From assembly GCF_036321535.1 (NCBI RefSeq), contig NC_087437.1:38690001-38754000 (forward strand): a DNA stretch of 64,000 bases, read 5' to 3'. The notes under the pieces are model-generated. The model did not search any database. It saw only the letters and a list, made by a program, of their open reading frames with translations, and was not told where the DNA came from. This document shows, in pieces, positions 52,794 to 64,000 of the stretch. Each line of letters starts with the position of its first letter. Position 1 is the stretch's first letter. The position numbers were made by a program, and so were the translations under genes. Source of the stretch: Camelus dromedarius (lineage: Eukaryota).

Positions 52794-54789
52794 CTGAAAC
52801 AAACCAGAGATACCAGAGGACACTTTTACCATTTCAACACTTGCAACAACATTATTTTTATTTCCAAAAAGCTCATTCAAAGCAGCAAGGACAAAATTAA
52901 AACTAAGAATAAATTTGTAAAGAAAGCCAGAGTTCTGACCTGTCTGTTGGCCATGAAGAAATGTGTAATATGCCTACTACAAAAAATTAATGTGATTCTG
53001 AATCTAGGACTTTTGTGTTTTGAGTCTATGATTTGTCTGAATAAGAGTTAACAGTCCAACCATAACCCCTGAAGAAATTCAGCTTATAAAATTTAAAAAC
53101 TCCCCTTTTCCAAGTGGGAGAACTGTGGAAGTCTGAAGGCTTTGACAGAACGTAAGTTCTTGTAAAGACAGGAACCATCTGTCTAACTCAGCTAAGTGCC
53201 TTCAATACCTAGATGCATACGTGGTGCACTGTAATTGCTTAATAAATAATGTTGACCGAATGAGTCAATGAATGAATAAATGAATGAATGCAAAAATATC
53301 TGCTCTATAAAGGCACAGAAAAGGGGCACCTCTGCCTATACATGACATAGTAGAAAACTGAGGAAAAACTGTGTATATTCATTTCTATAATTACGAATAA
53401 ACTTCCCTGGCTACAATATCTAGAATACAATCATTTCAGTTTCTTCATAAAATTGTTATTAAACCACCTTGAATCCATACATCTCCTTAGTGTTCCAACA
53501 CATTTCTCTTTTAAGTAGTTTTCATTTGTGTATGTTACTACTATTATGTCATTGATTTTGACTATTTTTTTCAAAATGCAAACCAAAGAAAGCATCCAAA
53601 TATTTTTGCTACATAATCTCAATTTACTTATTACATTCCACAAAAATAGAGGGTAAAATATTTTCTATCTTAACTATTTTGAAAACCATACATATGCCAA
53701 AAGGTTTAAGTTATTTGAATACATTATAAAAAATCCCTGACTACCAATTCAGCATAACGCAGAGTCCTGGTACCAAAAAGAAACCCGATCTCTCCAAGGA
53801 CAGTGGTACAAGAGTAAATCTTCTTGAATAACACACAAAATAACCTAATTTGGGGGGAAGGAGGTATTAAATACCCCAGAAATGGGCAAGGGAAGGAAAT
53901 CATGCAGGTGTTATAATTAAGGAACAACAAATTAGTAAGGGCTGCCTCTAGGTGTCCAGTCCAGGTGCAACAGGATGAACCGCAACCCACCAGACACGCC
54001 TTGGAGGGACCCTGGCCTGTTAGGAGCCTACAAAGACAACCCTTCTAAGACGCTCTAACAGAGCCCAGCCTTCATGAACCTCTTCTAACCCACCTGTTGT
54101 TGGCTGGACTCGTGGTCCCTACACCACACACTGGCACCAAATAAATACATCCGGGGGACAGGTATAGAGTATATTTTGCACTCACTGTCCTGGTAGGGTG
54201 AGCTAAAAAGAAGACAACCCTGTCTCACCGGCAGGCTCTGTGGTGAGACATCAGTGGCCCATGACATCTCTTCTGCCCTTAGTCACAGAATCTCATCACA
54301 ACATTCCCGAGCGCATTGCGATGACAACAGTGAAGCACTTATTTCAGACTATACTGAGGTCTCACTAATTAAAAAAGTGTCCTGGACCATTTCAGTGAAC
54401 ATGTCTTCCATAGCCTTAATGATGAAGATATACTAGTGAACACTAAACATGGTTTAGTTGGGGTTGGGAGGGAACTGCCTTGAAACTGTGGCATGGTGAA
54501 AAGAATATATCAATCAGGGGTGAAAAACTTTTTTGGTAAAGGGCCAGGTAGTAAATACCCAGGCTTTCTTGGCTGTAAGGTCTCTGGAGCAACTACCCAA
54601 CTCCACCGTTGCAGTGCAGAGGCGGCCTCAGACAACGTTTACAAAAAGGCATGGCTTGGGCTCCAGTAAGGCTTCACGTACAAAACAGGCCTGGGCTTGT
54701 AGTCTGCCAGCCCCTAACAGAAACGATGGAGTCAGACAGACCTGGATTACAGCCCTGGCCCCACAACTCTCCAGGATGTACACACAACA

Positions 54790-55640
54790 AGGTCATTTAT
54801 GTTTACTATGACAATTTTCAAGGACATACAAAGACAATAACTCAATAAACTTCTTATCGCCATCACCAGGGTTCCAAAGTTATCTCGATGTTGCCACACT
54901 TGCCTCACCTATCACTTTTCTTTAGTTTTTGATGAATTATTCTTAAAAAGTCTGCATGTCATGTAATTTCCCCCCTACTCATCTCAGTAAATATCTCTAA
55001 AACAATGGGGTTTTCTTATATAACCATAATGTCATTATCATGTCTGATAAATAATTCCATGGTATCATCTACTGTCTAGTCCATGCTTACACTTTCCTAA
55101 TTGTCTTAAAAACATCCACTTGTAGTTGGTTTCTTCTAAAAAACATCTACTTGTAGTTGGTTTCTTCTAATCATGATCCAGACAAAGGCCAAATTTAACA
55201 CCAGTTCCACTCCCCTCTTTTTTCCTTAATGCTATATTGACTTGTTGTCCAGTAAAATTTCCTGCGTTCTGGATTTATTTGCTTCTTAACTCATTTCTGT
55301 AGCCTCCACATTTCTGATAAAAGGAAGTTAGCTTAAATGTATGAGTGAATTCAGATTCAATTTGCAAAGCAAGGGTTTTTCAGAGGTGATGTAGATTTCA
55401 CATTTTCATCACATCAGGAGGCATATAATGTCTGTCCCAGTTTTAGTGAGGCTAAGGTTGGTCAGTGAGCTCCAATATTACAGCCTGATCTCTCCATGGT
55501 AAAATTCCCTGACCTGCATTCGTCTGGTAATATCCACTGATGACTGCTCCTAAATCAACTGGTGACCTTCAAATTCCCTCATTCCTTCTGTATTCACAAA
55601 CTTATATAAAGAAAAACTTGCCCGTATCAACTATTTACTT
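54790..55640 (-). mobile_element. Intronic L1MC/ME-type 3' end
   Basis: ttttcttatataaccataatgtcattatca...catcacatcaggaggcatataatgtc. Confidence 0.65.
55109..55170. repeat. 31-bp tandem duplication
   Basis: aaaacatc(c/t)acttgtagttggtttcttctaa x2, one mismatch. Confidence 0.9.
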
Positions 55641-58600
55641 ACAGTGCCAGGTATACGGAATCATGATGGCTTTTAAAATTAGACCTGGGTGTGTCTAACA
55701 TGGTTCTAACAATAACAAGCTGTGTTACCTTTGAAAATTTAGCTAACCTCTCTGAAGCTCAAATTTCTTATCTGTGAAATAAAAAGTTTAGATAAAGATC
55801 AGTGATTTTTAATTTTCTGTGTATGTTTGTGTGGTAGGGGGAATCATGGACCCTTTTAAGACTTCAGTGAGAAAGCCTTTAGCAAATGGGCACAGATACA
55901 CATCAGTCTGCAGAGAAGTTTCAGACTCCTCGAAGTCCACCTGCAGGCCTGTCGCAGGACTGCTTCTCTAAACAGCATGTCCCTGGAGCATCAGCATCAG
56001 CTAAGGGGCTTGGAGAGAACTCTGACTCCGGGCCCCATCACATGGAAGATGGAAATCTCCAAGGGTGAGGTCTGATTCAGGAATCTGCACTTTTTTACAC
56101 ACTTTCCAAGGTAATTCTTAGCCACAGCAAATCCTGAGAGCCACTAGCTTGAATGACCATGAATGCTGGGTTAAGAATGTGGCTAGAGAGATAAGCACCC
56201 TTTCGTGAGTTCTTTTTTCCTCTTCTCTTGGGATCAACTGTAGAAAATTTAGGTTGTTTACCAGTTGTCAATATAATCTGTGGTGGAACCACTAATTTAA
56301 GTTACTTCTTAGTTTAGGGATTGTACAAATGAAAATTTTGTGATTTTTCAACTTTATAGATATACTTTTACTACTCTAGTAATATATTCATGTTTGGAGC
56401 AAAAGTAATTCAAACTCATCTTAAAGGCATTACTGAAATAGAACAAAATGATACGGAGTTTCCCATTTTAAAATATGCTTAGACTAAGAACCAGAAGCCA
56501 GATGTTACTCTTTTACAATGTAGGCATGCCAATTATGTCTCCTACACTTGACCCTCTTTAGTGTCCTGCTAAAGCTGACGCAGACAGTTTGTTAAAGATT
56601 TCCCAACACCACTCCTCATTACTCATTACTGAAACCTAATGTTTTAGGTATTTTAGAAATAGTTCCCTATGTGAAGTGGCAAAGTTTAATAAATAGTCTA
56701 AACAAAACAATAAAACAGGTCTCCTGAGTCTGAAATGGGCTTTGGCTAGCTACCCAGTCCCTGTATGTATGCGTGCCTTTCTCAGAAGGTTGCACCTTAA
56801 GTAGTCAGGAATGCTGAGATCCAAGAGGTGGATGGGATGAGACAAAGAAAGGCCTTCAGCAATGCCCACTATTGTGATGGACATCCCTGCTTGCCGGGTA
56901 ATGTTCAGCGGGAGAGCTTCTGCCATGTGGACAGCTTCCTGATGTGGTGGTTCACAGGCTGGCCTACCACTGATGGTAGCCAGATAACCTCGTACCTGCT
57001 CTTTCCTAAGTTTCAGATCAATCTGTTTTCAGTTACACTGGGGAAGCTGAGCATTTGGGTTTTTCAAGCAGTTGTTTAATCTCTGTATATTTTAAAACAT
57101 TTAAATAATTTGAAAGCACACATAGCACTTTTTGGTCATAATTTGTCTGGTTTGCTCATAAAGAGATAAATCTGGAAAGGAAGCAACATGAGGATTCACC
57201 ATGTGAATGTCTTTCATTCTAAAAAATCCCAAATAATCAACAATGGATGCCTGTTAACAGCCATCATTTTTAGGTCTTAGAAGGATAGGGCTGTTGCACT
57301 AAGAGAAGACAGGGGTAGTGCAAATTTCCTAAAATCACATTTGCTCTGGGTCCTCTACTCTCAGAGTTCAAGTCAGGAGTCTGATGGGCTGTACCTCCAA
57401 ACAGGCAGAACCCTGGCAAGATGCAGTTTCTCCCTGGGGGGAAATGTGACAGAAGTCAGGTTGACCGTGGGCTGGAAGGGAGGGGAATCTATGGAAGGCA
57501 GCAATAAGCCTTACCCTGCTGTGGTCAGCTGAGGCACCCGAGAGACTCAGGCTGCAGGGAGATAAGATCGATGCACATCACACAGCACTTTAGGGTTTTC
57601 AGAGCGCCCCATAGATGCTGTCTCACACACACAGCACTTACGAACAGCACACTATGTATTCTCACACACTGCACCCCTCCTTCCTTCTCTCATTTTGTGG
57701 AAGTCTGCTGAGAACTGCGTCTCTATTTCTAGTCCTTGACTGGTATTTGGAAACTCTTCTCCCTCAAGAGAAGAACTGAGAACCATGGAAAGAGGTGGGA
57801 AATCCAGTAACTAATCATCTTAGGAACTACCAGAAAAATAAAACACAGGGAACCAGGGACCCTCGGGGGGCAGAGGGGAAAGTCACCCAGGGAGGAAGAC
57901 ATGGGCTTCCGCTGGGAGCTCATGAGAGGGTGCAGTGACCTGGAGCCTCTGTGACAGGGTTAGAAAGTGGGACAGAGGTGCCAGAGCCGGGAGCTCTGGG
58001 CAGGGAACGAGGGGCCAGGCGCAGGGAGAAGAGATGGCTCTGGTCAGTCAGCCCACCAGAGGGAGGAGCGGCAGTGGCCCGGGGAGCGGCTGCCCAGCAG
58101 GCTTGGCACCAGCCTCTGCCTTTCACCATCCCCCTTCCCTCCTCCTCCTCTCTGCCTTATTTTCTTTCTATCCGTGATCCTCTTGGATCACAGGATTGCT
58201 CTCTCCACTTTTAACTGATAGAATATAGATGTAAAAAAGTAATCAGTAAATACTGATTAAAATTTTATGTTGACCCTTCTGAATTTTTAAAAAGAAACCA
58301 AGGTGAACCCCTTCTCTTTTCATCCCTCAAAGATTCCTGGTATCTAACATAATGAAACAAAGCAGTATTAGTCTAGACATCCTGTTAACAGGAGAAGTCC
58401 AGATAAATATCTTTTTCTTGCCAAACATCTTAATACTCAAGGCTGCTGGTTTCTCTAACAGTCTCTTCTGATGACGGGGCTCGAGGTCTTGATAGGGATG
58501 AACAGCAGGATGAGAAAAGAGAGAGAAAAAGATCAGGCCAGGTAGAGTGCATGTCACTAGAGGTGTGTGTTGCCAGTGGCTGTAAAGAAGACATCCTTTT

Positions 58601-59466
58601 CTGTTCTCCTGATATAAGCACTAATTTTAGCATTAGCTCTGCAAAGCTGGCGAATGCAATACAAAGGAGACAGCAGACCTAGCCCAGGGAACTGTGCCTG
58701 TGAGCGCAGAGGCACGTGCTTTCTGGCTGAGAGGCGCCTCTAGACCAGCGCTTTAATAATTTGCTCGACCACCGACTGGTCGAGAGACCGTACGTGGGGC
58801 CTTGGCATCACCCATATCACATTCCTGAGAACTGAGCTTCAGCGGTCCACGCGGCAGAGTGCTGTGACTGACCAGCCATGGCAGCAGCCTCCATCCATCA
58901 ATTATACGAATGTGGCGCCATGGCAGATGCCCTGTTAACCTAGGTAACAGTAGCATGCCAGGAGATTACAACAGAAAGCAAACTAAGATGAAACGTTAAG
59001 GAATTCCACCCAAATGCATTTTCTTCAGCTGTGCTCCTTGTGTATTTTTTCCTTTTCTTTTGTTTGTTAAATTTAATTAAGACACTAAATTCTTAGGAGG
59101 GAAGAGTCTAAAAGTACAGGCAGTAAACTTTTTTAAGTGTCTCGAGGGTGTTGTGTCTCCTCTGTTCTTCTTTTCTTATGAGGGGAAGGGAGGAGAAAAT
59201 ATTCCTGCAAAGATCACATAAGCCCAAGTCTGCCATTGCAGGAAGCCGAATGTCTTCTTAATTAAACATTTCTAGGGAAAACCAGAGAGGGGGATTCTAT
59301 CTCCCCGTTTTGTTATCTTTTCATTGCCATGGTCCATTTCCCCTGGAAACCACCATTTCTTATCCAGCCCAGGGCTTTCTGAACATTTTTACACAAAGCC
59401 TCTCAAAGCCCACGCTGCAAAATTTGTTTCCTGCGAGTGTGAGGCTCCTGCACCCCACCTTCCTAC

Positions 59467-59535
59467 CTCCTCTTCCCCCTCTTCCTGGTACTGCTCGTCC
59501 ACGTTGTCCTCCTGCTGGTCTGGATTTCCTGCCAT
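59467..59535 (-). CDS. GOLIM4: GOLIM4 coding exon MAGNPDQQEDNVDEQYQEEGEEE
   Basis: 69 nt (23 codons). Acceptor ttttgtttcaacAG|ATG, donor GAG|GTAGGA. Matches the GOLIM4 peptide. Confidence 0.96.
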
Positions 59536-59855
59536 CTGTTGAAACAAAAGGGGAGGCTCAGGTTACTGGACGTTGGAGATGCCTTTTCCTGTCATCTGGA
59601 ACAAAGGACAGGCAGGCCCATGACAAGCACACTTTCACGGCATCAGTGGCTGGGAGATGAATGATCATTCCCACAACACAAAGCCCAGGATCCCATTTCC
59701 CTCTCTGAGTGTGGGCATGTCCTTTCACACGATGGACTAAAAACCAACCAGAAGCAAACCTCCTGTCCATACAGGTTGTGACTGACTGTTTATGTAAACC
59801 AGGCATTTATTGAAATATCTGGGTTAGAATCCTCCTCCTTTGTGGCATCGCTTAC

Positions 59856-60023
59856 CACCAAATGCTCCTCCACCTCTGCATTCTCTTGCTTTTGATGACT
59901 CTGCTTTTGTTCTTCATTTTCATCTGGCAAATTTTCTTCCCTCACTTGCCCGGCTTCCTCGAATTCATCCTCGCCTTGGTTATTAGGGTCGTCTGCTGGG
60001 TTTATATCCTCTACAGCTGCCCT
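59856..60023 (-). CDS. GOLIM4: GOLIM4 coding exon RAAVEDINPADDPNNQGEDEFEEAGQVREENLPDENEEQKQSHQKQENAEVEEHLV
   Basis: 168 nt (56 codons). Acceptor ttttacAG|AGG, donor GTG|GTAAGC. Near-identical to the recalled human GOLIM4 acidic luminal region. Confidence 0.97.
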
Positions 60024-62734
60024 CTGTAAAATTGTAATGAAAAGCAAACCACCACTTGAAAATCCAGGATCAAGTTTAATTTCATTTGAAAGGCCACAGA
60101 CTGGCAGAAAATGAAATTGTCCTTCACTAGAGTGTTCAGATCTATCCTTGCTAAGACTCACAAGTACCCATCCCACTGTCGAAAGATAAAACCCCGGCTG
60201 CATTTGTCAGAGGCTGATGAATCAGAATGAAGTTCAAACAGCACTTCTTTCCTGCAAGCGATTCCAAAACAGTTCTCAGAACTCTAATATCACAAGTAAT
60301 ATGAGTGTAAGTGGACAACAAGAAAAACAGTTAATAAAAGCCAAAGGACCAAGTAGGGGAAGTCATTAAAACAAGAGATTTAGACAGGCAAACTGACTTC
60401 TCTCCCTGGCATGTTGATTTTTACAGACTAGTTATCCTTTGTGAGTCAGCTGTCAATGTAAGTGGGTGAAAAGCATTTGAGAGAGGAAGCCCACACCAGG
60501 AAGGCCCCGAGAAGAGGGCCTGCGAGGAGACAAGAGGAGAGCTAATTTAAAAAGGGATGATCACTTTCTAGTGTGGAGTACATTTCTTTATAACCACTGT
60601 GAGGCTGAGAGATGTTGCACTGACAAGAGACGGGAGAAAAGGGACTGAGCTAACCCAACCTTTAGCAATCTATTTTGAAAAATCCCTCCCTGGCCCGTCC
60701 CACCCCCCCAAGTAGTTCTCAGCTATTGTGTTCAATGAATGCCCTTCATAATACCAACTCTCGAATTATCTCGATTTTGCCACTTATGCTCCCAAAGCAC
60801 CTTTCAAAATAATACATGTCCTCACAAAGACTTAGATTTTGGAGCCTGAGCTGGACAGGAACGGTGACGCTTGCAGGAGCTTTGCTGGCTCATCAACAGG
60901 ACACTCAACTGAGGCAGCAAAGCTTCCCAGAGCTGGTGGGGCCTCAGAGTAACGTGCAGTCTGTCAGTGTTCTCCAGACAGCCAGATTCTACTTCAGTTC
61001 ACTTCAGAGCCCTGAACGTGTGCCAGAGCTCACTGCAGTCGCAGCTGACGTGCCATCCGCACGCCCCCGGCTACGTACTCCATCCAAGAGCAAAATGACA
61101 CTTTTCTTGGGAATATCGCGAGTGACAAATCATCATCTTCACGCTAGACTCCAATTACTCCACAATCTCTTGTCACATGGATTTCTTTTTGTGCATTGTC
61201 AATACATTGTGTGGAAATATAGAAAAAAATGTGTTACATTTTCTTGAGGAAAAAAAGTACCAAATGTCTTTGGCAAAAGTTCATAAAAATGTACACACTG
61301 GCTCCAACTCTAACCAAGTTTTAAAAAAAAAGTCTTAACAAGCACAGTTGTTCCATTCAAATAAAATAGATAATCAATAAAATCTCAGTAAGGCTGGACA
61401 AAAAACTTTTTTTAATTTAAAAATTAATAAATAAAATAGGTGAGACAAAAAATAGGGACAAGCAGGCTAGTAATTCCAGTAGAAAGGCCAACGTTTCCCA
61501 ATGTGTTATCTTGAACAAGTTGGCTGAAGAGAGGAGAATAAAGGATCACAGAGTCAGGTGGCCAGTCGAAGCACACAGCATGTCCCAAACATCAGTGACT
61601 GGACCATTCTCCCTGTCCCTATCCCCTCCATTGCTCTCAGGACACTCTCAGGCTTTTACATACTGGCTGTCTTGCTCTCTTATGAACCCTCTCCTTCTTG
61701 TCTTTACATCCTCTGGCTCTCTTGCACTCCCCTGTTATCTAAAGCTCTTGCTCCTTCTTGAAAATATTTCAGGGCTAGGGTTCCCTGGAACACACTTTCA
61801 GAAACGCTGACTTGGGCTGGTAGACAAATGTGTCTGCCACCTCTCCATGCAAGTTCCGTCAAACAGCTGTTTCCATCCAGGTGGCTTCAAGCAGCTCTCA
61901 GGAAGACTATCTCAATGCTTATCAAGGAACAATACAGATCCTCCTACTGGTCCACTGGATCAACATAAACCTGGCCCACAGGATAGCACAGACTGAATTT
62001 TATCAACGTGATGGTTGATTTACTAGCACAAGATGACAAGCAAGCTAGTAAGTTGTAAAAATCATCTATACATAAGCACAAGGACACACTGACTTGTAGG
62101 AAAGGCCTAGGCCCTAGATCACCCAACCGAACTGGGAGGCCTGGTCTTTTTTGGATAAAAACAAAGAACATTTTGGGTTATTATATCTCTACCTACTAAT
62201 ATTCTAATTTTTCCGCAGCATCATTCTTCTTCATTTCTCAAACAATACATTCTTATCCATATATTTATTAAAATAGTCACTGGACTGCTGGGAGATTACA
62301 GAGAATCACATGACACCCACTTACAGACCGCTCACCATGCTGCATAACGGTTAACTCCTTTCTCTGGTTCTCGTTCCAAATCTCACACTTGCTTTTTTTT
62401 TTTTTTTTTTCCCATCTTTCAGAATTACTACATATTTCAATGCCTCTTTTTGCTTTTCCGTTTTAATTTTATTAATCCAAAAGTCCCCAGAGGGAAACTC
62501 CTTGGATGTTTTCCCAGAGTAACCTTTAACCTATTTTCATCACAGTCCACCCCACCCCAAAGTTTACAGTTAACTACACTGCTCCTATCATAGAGCTCTG
62601 CAAGTCACCTTCCTTCTGTGCTGATGAAGTAACAGACAGACCTGGAGCCTGGCGTACAGTGTCAGGCAAACTTTCACGTTCCCTTTCCACCTTGTGAGTT
62701 CCCAAGTGTCATGAACGGAAGAGAGGATACTTAC

Positions 62735-62841
62735 ATCTGCCTCGGATTCTGGGTCAGCTTCGGGGGGCCCTTGTTCTTGAAGCTCATGTCCATTCTCTGG
62801 GTCTTCTGCCTCGTCTTGGTGCTGGTTGTCTCTCTCATAGG
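62735..62841 (-). CDS. GOLIM4: GOLIM4 internal coding exon (fifth from last), (A)YERDNQHQDEAEDPENGHELQEQGPPEADPESEAD
   Basis: 107 nt. Acceptor tttgctAG|CC, donor GAT|GTAAGT. Peptide matches recalled human GOLIM4 AYERDNQHQDEAEGDPGNRHEPREQGPREADPESEAD. The 3' end is phase 0 and fits the next exon. Confidence 0.96.
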
Positions 62842-64000
62842 CTAGCAAATCAAAGGCCTCATATCAGTCCAAATGAACCAGGCAGGATTCTTCCCTTTCA
62901 AAGCTAAGGAGAGCCACCAGTAGGCTCTCCTACAGACCAGTTCATCCACTCACCTCTCTAGCTCAGTTAGCTCAATGTAAGGCTTTAGCTTTTTTGGAAA
63001 AGTCACGTCCTTTTTCCAGGCTGTGTGTCTACAGAAATCGTGTGAGTAAGTGACACCATTCTAACTCTCTAACTTCCATTTATAAACTTCTGTTTATAAC
63101 AGAAGCTGCAATTTTTCCCCCATTATGCAAAAAACAACAATCAAAACTTTCTCAATAAAATAAAGCCCAGTCAACTGGACATCACTAAAATGATCAACTA
63201 ATTCTTTAGTAATGTCAGAGAAAATGGCAAGGCACCAAAAGAAGAAACTGATGCTACTTCAGGAAATGACAGAGAGAACAACCCCATCTGTGGAGCTCAA
63301 ACACAAATTCAGCCCATCTCGACCTCTCTGCGGTGGCAGCGATGATGACACCACGAACGTCGCACATCTATACTCACACACACGTTTACTTGCTAGTTTT
63401 TGAAAAAATATTTCAATAAAGAGAACTTAGATAAAAGCACACAAAAAGAAGAACAAATAACTTTTCCAGTCAGATATAAGAGAAAAGTTTAAATATATGG
63501 CGAGTATTTAGTCTGTGGAAAATAAAGATGCAGGTAACTTACCATCAGGTTTCAAGTGCACCAAGGGATCCATTAAATAGAGAACAAATCGTTCTCTAGT
63601 CTTACTGATAATGGGACAAAAAAGCTTTAAGTGCTGCATGGGGGGACATAAGGAAAACAATTTCTGACTACAAGGGCTGTAAAATACCAGAACGGCTACA
63701 GAGGGAGTTTGGGTAATCACCTTCCTTCAGCTGCTTTAGGAAAGGATACATGTCTAAGTGTCAGCACTGCCAGAGAGACGGTTCCTGTTTAGTTCTATTA
63801 TCACAGCAAGCAGTATTTGATAAATGACATACTAGATGTGCACCATAAACGAAAGCTACTGTTGACTTAATTTGAAAAACTTTCAAGGCAATAATCTAAA
63901 CACCTCCAAGGTAAGAAGATGTAGAAATTTCCCAAAGCATAACAGTCCTATGACAATGGGTCAGAAATAAGTGTTTAGTATTCAAAAAGCTTAATCTACT

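Noticed and set aside
52184..53051. Alternative-frame and antisense ORFs over the GOLIM4 last exons
   Set aside because: Shadows of the GAG-rich GOLIM4 coding sequence.
1..64000. CRISPR arrays, prokaryotic defence systems, rRNA, or a leucine-rich-repeat gene in the intergenic part
   Set aside because: No regularly spaced repeats, operon-like ORFs, rRNA or LxxLxLxxN-coding exons were seen; the window is ordinary mammalian chromosomal DNA.

Overview
Mammalian genomic DNA, AT-rich and dense in repeats, with one 200-N assembly gap at 10096-10295. It is very probably from a camelid, judged from three tRNA-Ala-derived Vic-1-type SINEs. The right end (about 50.7-64 kb, minus strand) carries the last five coding exons and 3' UTR of GOLIM4 (GPP130/GOLPH4); all splice sites and phases are consistent, and upstream exons lie beyond the window. 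The left ~50 kb is intergenic and mostly interspersed repeats: old L1/L2/MIR/HAL1, ERVL internal fragments, MaLR/LTR40/ERV1 solo LTRs, and Tigger/hAT DNA transposons. The best unexplained signals are: (i) a very old, fragmented Ty3/Gypsy-type pol read in colinear pieces on the minus strand from ~15.3 kb to ~2.6 kb; (ii) an orphan CpG-island-like promoter at ~40.9-41.3 kb with a consensus splice donor; (iii) a candidate intronic polyadenylation site giving a truncated GOLIM4; (iv) an ancient hAT dimerisation-domain fossil at ~27.7 kb overlapping a possible spliced minus-strand terminal exon. I found no firm evidence for a new biological system. Repeat family names and human comparisons come from recalled consensus sequences, not database searches, and boundaries of old repeats are approximate.
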